From Nitrospirales bacterium (GTDB lineage: Bacteria > Nitrospirota > Nitrospiria > Nitrospirales > UBA8639), in assembly GCA_965203295.1 (NCBI GenBank), contig CBDBCZ010000016.1, forward strand, positions 864,001-928,000: a DNA stretch of 64,000 nt, in the 5' to 3' direction. The position numbers and the translations under genes are program-made. The notes under the pieces were generated by a model. That model was not told the origin of the DNA, did no database searches, and saw only the letters and a program-made list of their open reading frames with translations. Positions 1 to 15,024 of the stretch are shown here, piece by piece. Numbering within the stretch: the stretch's first letter is position 1; each line of letters starts with the position of its first letter.

Positions 1-3000
1 ATGAACAACAGGAGCGTGAGTATGTAAATGTTAAAATGAAAATGCTCACCCAGCAGTCCACTGAGGGTGCCACAGATTTCAGAGTGTTTTCAAAAGACAT
101 TGCTAGTTTAACTGATCTCATTCTTCAAAGCCAACAGAAGGTGCGGGAATATGCTTATGAGCAGCTATCTAGTGTAAACATTCCAAAACATGAGGCAAGA
201 GTTTGTGCAAAGAGCTCAGTCAGTCTAAGAGATATTGAAAGGGTATTTACATTCTATAAGTGGCTATTGAAAATATATATCCAATTCAATCCTCATGAAG
301 AGTTGACTGAGTTGTACCACCGTCGTGCAATTATGGTATCATTGGGTATAGTGTACTTTATGCGGCTTGACTCAAAATATCGAAGCAAATACAGGCTTTT
401 TCTTGATCACAATCACTTTGACCTATTTTACAAAGTAACATTTTCTGAGGCTTTCGAAAGTGAGTTGAGATGGTACATAGACAGAATTGAACTTCCACGA
501 AGTATTGCCAAAACTGAGGCTCTAAAAGAGAATGTGTTTGCAACCGTAGCATGTACCATGACTCACACCCCACTAATCATCGTGGGTGACCCTGGTTCTT
601 CAAAAACCCTGTCTGTAAACATTGTTATTGCAAACTTTAAAGGAAGTCAGTCCAGAAGTCTGGCTTTTAGAAACACAGATGTCTTCAAGTCACTGGATGC
701 CCACTTTTATCAGTGTTCTCGGAAAACTACTTCAAATGAAATAGAAACGATCTTTAGAAGAGCTATAACTCGCCAACGCAGTCTTCAAAATATTCCCTTG
801 CCAGTTCATTGTGTTGTGTTTATGGATGAAGCTGGTCTTCCAGAAGATAAACTCGAATCTCTTAAAGTTTTACACTACTACCTGGACAGGCCAGAAGTTT
901 CATTTGTTGCCATTAGCAATCATGTCCTTGATGCTGCCAAAACCAACCGAGCAGTTAGCATCTTCAGACCTAAGGCCACAGACCAAGAATTGTATGAGCT
1001 TGCAAAGGGAACCATTCTTCCACCTGGTCAAAATGAACCTTCAGAGGATGAAGGAAATCTTTTAAGAAAACTCTGCTTTTCGTACAACAGAGTACTTTTA
1101 GATCATGATTTCCAGCAGCTCTTTGGTTTACGTGATTTCATTCACTTTGTTGCATACCTACGTCGCAAACGTAGGAGATACTTGGATGAACAGCTAATAT
1201 TGGAAGGGTTGGAAAGAAACTTTAATGGCAGTAAAAAGTTTCACGACCTTTTTAAACTTTTCTTTGAAAAGGTAAGCTTTCTTACACTGTACGTTTTGTC
1301 ATGGCTGGGAGGTGGATATGCAACCCGAGGTTGAAGGTTGAATAAATCCATATCCACTGACCTAGTCATGTTAAAATCTTTCATTGTACCCTATTTATGT
1401 CACATTGTTCTGTTGTAAAAGATGTTTAGCTACTATTTTAGCAATGCAAGTGCTGAAAACAACAATGCATAGCCTTGCATCAAGTTTGGAACTAGTAATA
1501 TCACTGACTAGCTCATCGGCACAAAACCTTAGCCAAATTGTGTGAATGCGAGGCATAGCTCGTGAATACACAATGGCTGTTATGTCAGTAGTTGCATGTG
1601 TGTGCTGCTATATGACATTGTACATCATGTGCTCTAAAGTTAAACTCTATAGTGACAGTAGTGGTATTGTTTTCCAATATATTTGCTCCTACTACTAAGC
1701 TAGCTAGTACTATGTAGCTAATATAGATTCTAGCTGTTTCCCTACTGATACTTCCTGCAAAGCTTATTTAAACTATTCTGTCTTTAATTAGCTACGCCAG
1801 CTGTGATAGTATAGCGTGGTAATACTGTTGAATGGATATACCAAATAATCACTTTGCAGATTGATGTTCCTATGGAGAAGCTCCAGTTCAGCCATATACT
1901 TAGTATATTGAAGAACAGTCTTGCTGATCATGCCAGCACAGAAGGTGGTGATGTTCACAATAGCATCCAAAGTGAGGTTCGGTACAAGCTGATCATTGAT
2001 CCTAGTGAAGATGACTCACTAATGAGGCTCCTCTTCACATATGAAGTGCTAAAGAGAAACAACACACGGCTCTATATTTGCAGTGACTTTCCCGGAGATA
2101 GGCAGCTAAGGGTAAGGAAACAAAATTTAATTACAGTCTGAACGTTTACCATTTTAATCTACTATATGTTCATCTCAATATAGGTTCATACCATTTCACA
2201 AATCTGTCATTCAGTTGCAGCTGGTCATACTATTCTAATGTGTCAGACAGATGAAATACATGAGAGCTTTTACGACCTATTTAATAAGCATTTTCGCTGT
2301 ATTGAAGATCCTCAAAGTGGCACCCACCATTATGCAAATATTGCTATTGGTGCTCATTCTGGACCTTGCCGAGTGGACCCTCATTTCCAATGTGTGGTTG
2401 TGATAAGTGCATCAGAATTGCAGGACACACCTGCTCCCTTTCTGAATCGGTTTGAGAAATACTACCTTACCCACAGAAGCCTGTTGGATAGTATTTTTGA
2501 AAGCATGCCTCCTTGTCTCAGTATAATGCTTCGATCAGCATACAGCAAGGTTAGTCTATTTTTGACTTTAAAAACTATTTTGCAATTAAAGATATTTCAT
2601 AATTCCTTTCCTGCCCAGGTCTCTGATTTCATCCTATGTGTTAAATGGTCATCTCTTTATGGTTTTTTGGAGAATAGTAGCCTTGAGTCTTTGATGCTGG
2701 CAATTCTTCCACCTGTTGGTCAAGAGTATAAATTCCTACCAGACGAAAAGAATTTTTCTGTTTCATCTGATGCAGAGGATAAGCATGTGTTCTTATTGAA
2801 AACTCTACTGAGTATGCTTCGAAAGAATACTGGCTTTCGTATTCCTGAGGTTTGTATTCAGTACATGAATATATATATATCGTGGTGCTATTATTATCCT
2901 CTCATTTTTACAGTATTCATCTGAGGAGATTAAGATCGATGCTGATCATATCTTCTGTTTGATCCAAAAGGAGCCTGAGTTTGAGGGAATTATGATAAAA

Positions 3001-6000
3001 GTAAATGATGAGAATGTAGTAACACTGATTGATGGAGCATTGCACGTACTTTACTACGGTCCAAACCCAAAGAATATAGATAGACCTTTTGAGGTCTACA
3101 CAGATGCCTTGATGGTCATTGCAGTCCTAACACAGTGGATCGTCAACTATCTTTGCAAGCAGTTGCTGCAGTTGATGACTCCTGAGGCATTGGCTGTCCA
3201 CTATGAGGAAATTCCTACTCCATATCTTGAAAATTATCTGAATTTCCAAAAACACTTTAGCCTAAAAGACTTGGTGGAGAGACAGATCGGTCTGCTGGAA
3301 TTGAACAAATGGTTAGTTCCTAACTAAGTTGACTTGATTCTCAGCAGAAGGGTTTGGAACTGTAAATAACGTGAATATGCGATCATATGGATAGCCTACT
3401 TTATACTAGTGTACATAAAACATGCATAAAAAACTTGGGGCAAAGTATTGTGTTTCATAGCTGTACAAATACTTAGTAATTTTGGTTGGACAAAATATTC
3501 ATAACAAACACCTACTTCTTCATTTATTACCTACAGGGACAATTCTGTATGCCCAACAAAGTTACTCTGCTTTACTCGTTCATCACCACAAATCCATCAA
3601 CTTCCATCTGAATATCCTAGTACACTCACCACTGTATCTGATGATGTAATGCAGCAATCTCTCAGGGAGCATATCTATAGCAATGTGAACCATTTAATGA
3701 TATGCAAAATATCCCTAAAGCATTCACAAAGCAAAATTGAAGAACTACTAGCCAGGTATGTTTTGTCGGAGTCACACTTGCTATTGTTGGTTGCAAATAT
3801 GCAAGAAATCTCTAAAAAAATGATCAATCATCTCCGGATCATGATTGAAGAGGCAGAGAATAAGATCACAAATCAGAGCAAAGTTTTTGTACTTCTACTG
3901 CATTTTCCTCCAGTGATGTTCTTCAAACCATGCTACCCTTCGTTATTTCTGATGGGATGGGGCCACTATTATCTTGATACAATAGCATACGGCACCCTAA
4001 CAAGAGAAAGTGTGAAGTCTGTCGTTGATGTTAAGGAATGGTTTTATCATTGCTGCTTTCCACAGTCACCTGATAGTGCACTTAACAGCCAGATGGTTAT
4101 AGCACTTCAGCAATTGCTTCCAGAAGCAATTCCAATAGTTGCCTCACGGGTAGGTTTTAGTTGCAACAATGAAAGGAAAGTAATGGATGCTTCTGAAAGA
4201 ACTGCAATACTCCAAAGACTATTGATAGGCACTCTGCATGGTGATGCTGAAGTTGAAGTAGAACAACTTATTGAAATGAGCCTAGGCAGAGTGCTGTGTG
4301 TAAAGTATTGCAAGTATTGGACACCTCAACTAATGGAACAGCATATCAAACAAGTTTCCAGTTTCATGTATGAACGTGAATCAACCCTGAATATTACCGA
4401 CACTATTCAAAGTGTAGTGAGATCTACATTCTTTGATTTCCTTGTCTACATGTTTTCTAGCCTAAATGAAAGAAACGATGTTCACATTCTTGTGGAAGAG
4501 CCTCAGTGTTGCCCAACAGTTCAGCGATTGTTTCTAGATCTACTTAGTGCACTTCCAGCTCCAGAACTAGCACAAATTAAAGTACTAATGGCTGCCAATC
4601 GGCAACGGCCTATTCAGCCATACTTTCCGAGGTTCCCATTCTTCAAGCAAGTGTGTGATATGTTAGACAAGGCTGTAGATGAAAGTAGAGAGGAAGTGAA
4701 TCAAAAATCAAATATTTTGGACACTGCTTTACCTCAGATGGAGACTTCTATTCATCTTCCTACCCAGAAGAGAACCAAACAGCAAATGGAGACTTTATTT
4801 AATGAGGTTGTATTGTCAAGAGTGAAGGTATGTACATATTCATTTTATGTATATTATTATGTTAAATGATTTTTAAACTCTTACCTAGGAAATGAAGGGC
4901 TGCTTGGAGGTAACGGCTTCAGCTATGAATGAGTATGGTGGTGAAATTTGGAATCGATATTTCATGGACTTTGCCCACAAAAAACTTCATCTTCAACCTG
5001 AAGTCACTCCCCTTACTAATGAGATCCTCAAAGCTTACATTGGACCTGTAACAGGCAGTAGTGCGCTTGAACGACTGGTGTCTCTTCATGTTCGCCTTCA
5101 TGTGTACCAGATGGATCTCACAAAAGTTACTGCAATTCTAAAGCCCATAACAAAGATGCAGCAGTCATTGCACCCTGCAGCAACCGGTTCTTTAGCTTAT
5201 TTATTTTTTGCAACAACTTTGCATGACCCCAAATCTATTGATAGAATACCACACACTTTTGTGAGTCCTATCGTAGAGACACTGTACACATTTGCTCTTC
5301 ATATGAGTACAGCTGAGACTGACCCAGAAAGTCTTAATTTCTGGTACCAGAGCTACAGCGATATTGTAAGTTCGTCCATACAGCTATGCAAATGTATTTT
5401 CCTCATTAAAGCACTCTGCTCCTTATTTGATTTATGTAGATGTCAATGCCAGCAATGGAAGAGAATATCATTCTGGGCACAACATCACTACAGACACAGA
5501 CCCAGCTTCGCATACTGCATGCTACATATCTGGTCATGCAATGCTGCTATATCTCAAAGTCGTGCAGAGGCCAACAAGTATTCATGACCTTGCATAAAAG
5601 ATACTCTCCAGAAGGCAAAAAGGTACACTCTGTTCCTACATAGCCAATGCTTATGCTATAGCTCTCAGTGCTCCAGTCTTATGCTTTCACCACTAGGCTA
5701 CTGGGGAGTTGTGAAAACATCTTTATGAGAATTTCTGTCTGAACATTAGCTAGCTGTCTTTCAAGAAGAATAATAATGTACTCTTGTTGGTGCTGTAGTA
5801 TTTATACCAACCATTGACCACACACTCACATACACAAGTGTAGCGTGTAAGATCTCCAATCAGAGCTATCTCCCAAGAATGACAGTAATACACGTTTTTG
5901 CCTTCTGAGATTCCTCCTTCTATCTATCTTGTATATCCCCACCCCTTTAGATCTATATCACTTAACAATACTTCGAGATGGCATGTTGTGCTTGCACTGT

Positions 6001-9000
6001 TCCCTTTTTGTTTTGAGTAATATACTCATATTGCTGCCATTGTGCTGCACTACTGATTGTGCATTACTGAGGAGTTCCCGGTCAGATTACAAGAGCAGAG
6101 ATTTTAGCATCACCACATTATTCTTTTATTCCAGCATCTGTAACAAAATCATATTGTTCTAAATAAAGAAGTCAGTGTACTTGTGTGCATTCAATTATTA
6201 TTATCTTCTTACACAACAGATGGGTGGACCATTTCTGTATTTACAACAAGTGGTGGATGCTGGCTTGCAAGCATTTGCAGCAACTCCACTCTCCCCAACT
6301 ATCCAGGGAAGGGAGAGCTATTGTGTGCAGTCATTTATTGAAGGACTATTTGCATTCACGTTTTCAAAACACTGTGCTTCATTTCCTGAAGAAGATTGTC
6401 GATACTTCCTGGAAGTTGCAAACCAGCAAAATTCGTACTGTACTCAGGAAAGAGCTACAGCACAAGCAGAAGATCCTCACCATTACAGTTTCACAGCTAT
6501 AAATGTGTTCAAGTTGTACCTTTCTAGGATTCTTGGTGAAGCTATTGCGGAACGTCAGGTACAATGCTGTACTCTTAAACTGTTGTATTTATACTTGTAT
6601 GGTCTTTACTTACTGTTATGATGCACAGAAGGAAGAAGCTGCAGACAAAGGCCAAGCTGCAAATGAGTTAATGCTTCACAATGCTAAGGTTACTCTAAGC
6701 TTTCTGCTGTTCGGCTTTACATAGAGAATTATTTTTTTATGATGTTCTGTCAGGGTCGTGGAATGGTGGGCGAAGTGCTTACAGCCAAAATTGAAGGCTC
6801 ACCTGGCCCCTACATTCCCTTGTGTTACCAGCAGAAAGGCTTCCAGTGCAGCGAGTTTTCATGCAAGGGATGCAAGGTTATGTTCATTCACCTTATAACA
6901 CTACCATTGTGAAGTATGTATTTTTCCCTCATTTTTAGAATACACTAATGCAGCAACCTTTAGCCCACTTATATTTCTTGACTGTGATGGAGCATCTGCA
7001 AAGCCGAGGAAATCTTCCTAACCATCTTGTCAGACTTACAGGAAGGATTACAAAGGTAAGGTGCATGCCATCAAGTTTAGCTTTTATGACTCAGTGGTGT
7101 GTAGTATCATGACCAGCTGTAATACACAATCATAGCACTAGTCAAACTTCTAGCACCATACTGTCTGGCATTACAAGTAAAAAAGATTAGCTCTCACTTC
7201 AGCGCTTGGAGAAGCAGTCGACTCCCAAATCTGAAAAGGTGTTGCTTTTCATTGAGAAGCAAGCTGTTGTTCAAGTCCTCATTCAGCGGGTGACTGAATA
7301 TTTTGACCCCAAAATACCACGAAAGCTTCATGATGTAAGTTGAACTGTTTTTGAACTGGTAAATAGAACCTACATATTTTGTCTAATGAAGTAAGGATAC
7401 AGTGTGTATTGTGGTAATGAATACACTGGCATGCTGGATATTTCAATGTGCGGTTATTATTTGACATGTGCATGCAAATGGTGGCACAACAGATTAAACA
7501 GTTATACAGCTAAGGGAGGGCATGTTCAAATAGGATGGAATCAGCAAAGAATGAGAAGAAAAGGTAGAGACTCAGGCAGAGTTAAATGCAAATAAAGATT
7601 GACTAAAGATATAAACATCAAAGCAGTGGCAGGGAGCTAGAGCCTGTATAGTACTGCATGCAATTTACTATGCCTATATTTTACATGTATAATTTTATAA
7701 TTCGACTGTAGTGTTACAGATAATATTTTCCCTCATTGCAGCTGTTCACTGCTCAAATAGTTAGTGGATTGAATTCCCTGCTAAGCGACAATGCAATGGG
7801 AGGGAGTGACACTTGCGTTGGTTATCATGGGCTTGTGTTTGCTATGCAGTTACGAAAGCAATTGAATAGTCAGCAAAAGTTGATTGATATGCTAACTGAT
7901 GACCATAGCACTCTTGTGCAGACTATCAGTGGTATAAAGCCACTTCAAACACTTGTCAAGGTTGGTCGGAGCACATTACACACCATTGGGTACTATGATT
8001 GTACAATATTGGGTACTATTGCTCTTTAGCTACTGTATTGTAATACTATCTAGAGCCAACCAAAGAGTGAGGCTCACCTCTTTCCATTCATTGGGCATCA
8101 AGAGTCCAGTGCACTCAGCCACTTCTACCGACAAATTTGGGAAACCTTGGATAATGTGCGCAGCAAAGGAGCAAGCGGGGAATCTATTGCTGTGTTGGTA
8201 AAACTTGCACATGAAAGGTTAGAGTACATGTGTAGTAGTGTCTATTGAGTGATATACTAATATCATTAATGTAATGCCTCTGTAGCTGCAACAGTGACGA
8301 GAAAATGAGGCTTAATGCTCTTCTAATTAACAAGAAGAGAGCCTTCCGGATGCTGCTGTGGTTGTGCGTTTATTATAAATTCTTTGTCACAAAGGTACTC
8401 TACCATCTAACATCTCCTTACTCAATGCAGTAAGCATACCTTTCTTCCTTTTCAGATCCATTCCCGTGTATTGGCAGATGCAATCAATGACCATCTAAGG
8501 GGTATTCTTGAGCCCGAGTTTATCAGCTTCATACAAAGTTTTCTGTTCCCTGCTGAATACATGATACGAAGCCCTGAACAGCCACCACCAATGAATGAAA
8601 ATGCCTCCAGGCTACGACTCACAGAAGATTATCAATTTGTGCCAGTTACAAGTAATGGTAAAAAGACAGATCCTTTGTATGACCTGTTTAACTCAATTCA
8701 TCAACCAAAGCCAGGTAATACAGTAAAGCTGTATTCATTATGATTGTAGTTTTTGGTGTAATGACTAAATAATGATTTGTCATTTAGATCCATCAGATGT
8801 TGAACTGTGCCATGCAATGGCCAATATGGTGGCTGTTGTACTGGCCTGCCCGCCTCGTTCCAATCATCTGTGGTACCACATGTTTGCAGCAGATGGTCTC
8901 CTTGGAACCCATATGACTGGATTTATGGTTTGTTGGCAATTGTATAGCTCAAAATTTGTATAAATAACTCATGTCAGATTATTCGTGAAATAGTGGAAAT

Positions 9001-12000
9001 TGCCTAACACTACAGCTCTTAATTTGTTGATTGTAGCATATTTAGAAAGAGCCCAAGTCATTTACATTTTACAACTGATTTATAGCTCACCTAGCACTGA
9101 TTGACTGGTGTTTTGTGGAGCCATGTAGTTACTTTGCAAGCTATTTTAGAGATGGTGTAGCTTCTTTCAGTGGGTTACTACCGTACAGCCGAAATTTCGC
9201 CAAGGACAATTTGCAATAAACCCAGATGCATATTGTGAAAAACTTCAAAGTCGAAGGTAGTGATGACAAAATAAAGATATGGGGTGATACTGTTGCCCAT
9301 TGCCTAATTAATTCTCTGCCTAATTAATTCTCTGCCTAATTTCTTGCTGTAGGAGCTATAATGTATGCCATCCCAATATTTTATTTATGTGCAGTATAAG
9401 GAAAAAACTACCGAGGGACGCCTGTATGACTGTGGGGTGGAGCTAGCAAGTGATGGCACATATGGCAGGCCAGACTATCTTCAGCATGCCACTCGAGGAA
9501 CGTTGAGCCTGCACTCACTCTACCTCATCCTATGGGCCAACTTTGGTGCATTCTGCATGGCCCTAGTCACTCAAGCTGATGCTCAAGAGAAAATTTGTGG
9601 GCCCGTTATATCAACTTGGCAGTCTGTTCGCCACTACTGTGTCATGCAGCTTCGTAGTGTGTGGCTGCACATAGGCAATAACCTGCAGCTCTCACTTGAT
9701 GAGCGTTCCTTTTTTATAATGCAGTGTATGCAGAACCTATTGGAGGTAATGTTTTAGTAGTAGTGTAATTGATATTTCAGTAGAGTGAACCTTGTTTTTG
9801 TTCTATAGGTAAGTATCAGGCAACCACATCTCTTGAAAAGTGGGAAGTTTGACGAACTTGAAGATTTGGATGACTATGAAAAGATGTGGCATCAGTTGAT
9901 TTTTACACCTTCCTTTGATAATGTTCATGAGAAGGTAATGGCTGTTTATTATCACTATTTAGCCCCCTCTAGCCCATTGTGAACTAACTTTCCAATTTTA
10001 GTTTGCAGAACACTGTAAGCTCACAAAGAATGCTTTGTTCGAAGACCTGAGGTATGTTCTAGTGCATTCTGTGTGTCCTAAGCAGTGTTTCATGCTATTC
10101 ACTTTGTACCTGTACAGCTGTCTAGAGGTCCACTATCCCCACTTTCCTACAATGGATGAGTTTTCCCAGACCATGCTATCATCAGTAGACATTGGTGATG
10201 CCTCAAAGAATGAATTCTATGTATTGTCAAAGTTTGTTTTGGAGTATCCTCGCCTAAAAGCTGCTGGAGCACTGCTTCCTGATTTGCTGGAATTTTACCA
10301 GTGGATACACAGTGAATTGGCATACTTGGTCACCCGTAAGTATGCAGAAAAAGAAAGTATTGGGACGGTAATCACCAAAGCAGAAGAGAAGTATGCAGGA
10401 ATTGACCTTAATAAGCTGTATGAAAAAGTGAAAGGTACCATAACGTTTTTATAACTGGTATTAAAGACAGTCGCAATATATTATGTTGTTATCTTTATCT
10501 AGGTGGCTACAACAAGTATGCAGAAGTCACTGGATACTCTATTGGTGCCGGTGCCTGTGCTAACACCAAGAGAGAAGGAACTGTCCTTCAAATCCAAGAT
10601 GATACCAAGCTCAAGAACTTCCTCTCTGTGGATACTGAAGACCAGTGGGAAGGCAGTGATCTGTTACGTGTCGTAATACAAGATATCGTAAGGGCCTATA
10701 GTAGATGATAGCTGTAGTGATTGTGAGACTGTCTTTAATTTTCTTTTCAACAGATTACCTTCCACAACAGTTTTCTTCAGACTGTTTTTGATGTGAGTAA
10801 CGCTTCAGAGCATTCTATTGAGCCATCTGAGCATGAAATGGATCCTATCCATCCAAATGAAGTGAATGAAGATGTCATGATTATTGGAAAAACTGTCAAG
10901 TGAGTTGAGCAAACTGACAGATTTAATCTTCATATAGCACTTATTTTATTTCAATATCTAGGAGTCATGGAATTGATGAACATCTGCAGTTAGTGCGCAG
11001 TCGTTATTTGCACCCTATTCAAGACGAAGCGTGTCCTTTTGATCTCAAACGACTGCAGAGTGATGTGATCAAAACCTACTTATCAGGAAAACCCTCAATT
11101 TGCCACCTGCCAGACGGTGGTCACGACCGGATTCTTTTTAAGTTCAAAAAGGAACACATTGACAAACTAGTCTTGGAAGGTGCCGACCTTGACCTATCAG
11201 TTATTTCAGAGTACATTACAGATGAATTCAAGGTATTTCTATCTACTGTTTTAGCTCCCCTGTTCATTTCTCATCATTATTATGGTATTGGTAATGCAGC
11301 TCCCACTGGATGGATTAGCAAAGGCCCTTGAATATGAGTTCTACACAGCTGACTACCACACACTAGTGAAAGTCATCACTGGGCTAAAAGTTGCCACTGA
11401 ATATCTTATCAAGGTATGCATGAAATATGAAGTGAAAAGCTAATGTGTGGATCCAGATGCTTTATTCCTTGCAGAGCATTCAACTGCCAGATGAAATTGA
11501 AGTCAAAGGTACTGATGAACTGACATTACCTCAGTTTTTACTTCTAGTTTTCAAAGTACCTGAAGAAACAGAAGAAAATATAATGGAAAACATTGGAATA
11601 AAAGGGTCAGTGGTGTTTATTTATCTTTGTCATAATTCTATCTATTCATTCTTGATATGTCTGTAGTCTCCCTCAGTCTCAGCTGGAATACTTACTCTCT
11701 CTGAAGCTCCCTTTCTTATACTCCACACTGGAGCAGTTTGTACAATGGGTGAAGGATGGAATGTATGATTTCCATCAGCTTCCATTGGTGATGAGGAAGC
11801 ACCTGGAACCACAAGATGAAGCAGCATTGAATAGTATTCAAAGTAGCCACATGTATCCAGGTATTGTGTACAATAGTGCACCCGTATCATAATTACCCTG
11901 TGGTTTAACTCAGGTGGGGTTTCTCTTACCTTAGGCGGTCCCAATGCACTGCTTCATGAGATGCAGGCTCTCACTGACGTTCTCGTGCACTCAGAGTCAG

Positions 12001-13033
12001 ACATAAGAAAGACTATCTCTAAGCATATGGAGGTGAGTGATACACTTCACATGTATGATCAGATCAAACTTGTGTGAAAATACATAATATATTATCATTT
12101 GCAGAAACCCATTATGGAATATCTGGGAGAATATGGACTTTGTGGTGATTGTGAACAGCTGACAAAGTTGATCCCCAATTCAGTCCTTTGCCAGCACTAC
12201 GTGGCACTTCGTATCTTCCTTCAACGGTAAGCACTATGTATAGTGCACTGATTTTTACTTCTGCACTCAAAGTCCTTACTAGTTTACTAACTTTTCATGT
12301 TCATTGTATATTTGACAGAAAAATAGCAGAGGTACAGAGTAGGAGTCGTGAGCAAGTGGAGAGCCAGGGAGACCGCTGGGTAGAGTTTGTACAGGACCTT
12401 TGGGATGAAGATGGACTCAAACACCTTTGGGATGTTGCTATGCCATATGTCAATGATCACCAGTTTGTGTTTGACCCAGCTACTCAAATGTATGGGTTCC
12501 AGAGCTTCCAAATGGAAGATGGGATAGAAGCAGAAAAACCCCTTTCGTTCGTTCTTACTGAAGAGGAGGAGGAAGACACAGAGCGGCCGGCATCACCTGA
12601 GCAACCTTCAGTAACAGAACCACAAGAAACTCCTCAGCCACCGTCAGTATCTCCTAAGAGTAAGTACCGCTCTTGCTACTATAAGCTCAAGCCAGCATTG
12701 CTACTAACTATTGATTAACGTGCACTTCTTTGCAAGACTAAACTATGCATTGCTGGCAAGATACCTCTAACTTGTGTTTCCTGTCCCCTAGTCACTGGAA
12801 ACGTCACAGACCTCAAAGACGTTGCTGAGAATATCACGGTTGAAATGGTGGCAGAGCTTTTGCACAACTGGAAGTTAGACAAATACATAGACCTCTTCTC
12901 TTCTAATGATATTGATGGCTACCTCCTGTTCACATATTCTGAAAAGGACTTGGAGGATCTTGGAGTTGCCAGTGGCATTGATCGACGCAGAATTTTACGA
13001 AACATCACAAAGTATGTAAACGAATTGGCTTGA
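1..13033 (+). CDS. RNF213: RNF213/mysterin-like giant AAA+ ATPase (E3-ligase family), multi-exon, 5' end outside the window; C-terminal SAM-like domain
   Basis: ORF 36-1334 has Walker A GDPGSSKT, Walker B VVFMDEAGL, 'SVSLRDIERV', 'LKVLHYYLD', 'ISNHVLDAAKTNRA' and 'FGLRDF', all typical of RNF213 AAA modules. Downstream ORF pieces ('ESFYDLFNKHF', 'CRVDPHFQCVVV', 'PAPFLNRFEKY', 'PRFPFF') continue the family match. They are separated by many short GT..AG introns (e.g. donor 1272, acceptor 1859; donor 2112). Last exon 12792-13033 ends in TGA. Not every internal exon boundary was resolved. Confidence 0.9.
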
Positions 13034-14009
13034 GAATTGACATAAAAGTAAACATTTTTTTGAATTACAGTTAGTTTGATTATGCTTTGCTGCTTTACAT
13101 ATACTGCATGGTTGCTGGTTTTGACAAATGTGTTGATAGGTTTAGTAGACTTTCTAGTAACAATAAATTGCTGCTTGTGTGTACTGGTTGCTGCTATATA
13201 TTGACATATATTGTGTCACAATAATGGTGCTTTGGAACAGATTTGCAGAGCTATACGTATAGTACCAACTATTTCCCTATCTTAGCCAGATTCTTAGTGC
13301 CTGTTCAGAATAAGTGTATGTATCTTATTGTTATAAATTGAACACGTGTCAGCACAATGATATGCTTGTAAATGGCATGCATGCATCGGCCAGAGTATAG
13401 TTAGGTGTGATCCATTTCTCTTAAAAGGTAAAAGACTATAGCTTGCATGCAGGAGCATGGCAAACGATGGTAATGGTCCCTCTAATTATTCACTCACCCC
13501 TTCTGTAACTCTCTGTGTAAATACATCATTCTGTGAGATTTGTCTCTTCAAACTCTTGGTGAATGACTCCGCTAATGGAGGAAGTACGAAGCAAAACTTA
13601 TCACCAGCATCATCACTCAGAGTGCTGGTCTGCATGACATTGACTGTTGTATCTTTTAAGAACCTCACCACACATCATCACGGGAATAGCGGTGCAGTTA
13701 CGTACTAACCTTTCTGCTTGGCGTCCCTGATGGAGTCAGGCAGTCCCTTGAGGGCACCTGTTCAGCCAGGAGCTCAACATGGAGGAGAACTTTTTCACCT
13801 CCTGAGCAAGCTTTGTTCCCATGCAGTCTCCACTCATGTTGCCAACTTTTATTGCATGGGGAGAAAAGAATTGGCCAGTGTTGCATATTGGAGACTGGGA
13901 ATGAGGCTACATTGTATCAGGAACTAGGCTGGAAGAGAGGAGGGGAGCATCGTTACCTAGCTCACATCTCAACCAGATGGTAATTGCCAGACAACATGGA
14001 CAGATAATT

Positions 14010-14205
14010 GTGAAGACACACAGCTCCAGACACTCATACAGACATACCTCTCCAGATACTCATACAGACAGACTCTCCAGATAATCATACAGACAGACTC
14101 TCCAGATAATCATGTACACATGCAGGTATACACACCTCCAGATCAGACAGGTAAGCACACCTCTCCAGACACTCATACTGACAGGCAAACACACCTCTCC
14201 AACCA
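14010..14205. repeat. Degenerate short tandem repeat (CTCCAGAyACTCATACAGACAG-like units)
   Basis: Several imperfect copies of ctccaga(c/t)a..catacagaca read directly. Confidence 0.6.
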
Positions 14206-14995
14206 CTCTTACAGACGGTAGCATACTGATGCGGCCACTTTGGCATGGATGTACTGACAGTTGCCTTGTGTGAAGGCAGTGAAACGGGTGAAAATGTAGG
14301 CAGCGGACAATTCTCTGTGAGAAAGGGGAGGAGGATGATGAAGTTCAAACCCGGGTGCTGCGTGAGAAAATTTACAACTGGACACACAAGAAGGGCGAGC
14401 AATATGCATATGTATGTCATGCATATACGTATGTCATAAAAAGATGACTTCATCCGTCATAATTGAAGGCTGAGAACCAGAGTGATCTAACCCACAAAAT
14501 TTGAACTTACCCCTCTCATACTCTCAAAATGTGCTTCAGAAGCTGCTGAAAATTTAAGATTTTCAAACATATGTTCACAGGGTACACACGTTTAATTTTT
14601 TACTTCATTATTGTGTGTTTCATGCAATTTCCAGTACTTGATTATGGGTTAGGCCACTATATGGTTCTCAAACCTTCAATTGTAATTCCGTGCTTGCAGT
14701 GTTTTGGCTGTACTTACAAAAACAAGCTGTATTATTAAAGGTGTTCTCTATGCGTGTTGTGACTCCGTTGAGAGCATTCTTCAAATCGATGATCCCGCTA
14801 CTTTTATCTTTACAGCAGCACGTCCTGCCAGATTAGCTACGTCAAAGACAGGACTCGTCGTGCTTGCTAGACTCGTTCCCATGCCCAATATAGGCCTTGG
14901 GTCCAGGACTAGGTGGCGGACGCCAGTCCGGTAGAAGAGCCGTGAACGGCCAACGCGTAATAATGGCGTGGTCACTTCCTGGTGCATGGTTGCAG

Positions 14996-15024
14996 CATAG
15001 ATAATATAGGCTATATTATCTATG
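14996..15024. mobile_element. 29-bp palindromic remnant (probable excision footprint) of the CATAG-ended P-like element family
   Basis: CATAGATAATATA-GGC-TATATTATCTATG flanked by 7-bp direct repeat GTTGCAG; arms equal the first 13 nt of the TIR at 29069/30398. Confidence 0.75.
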
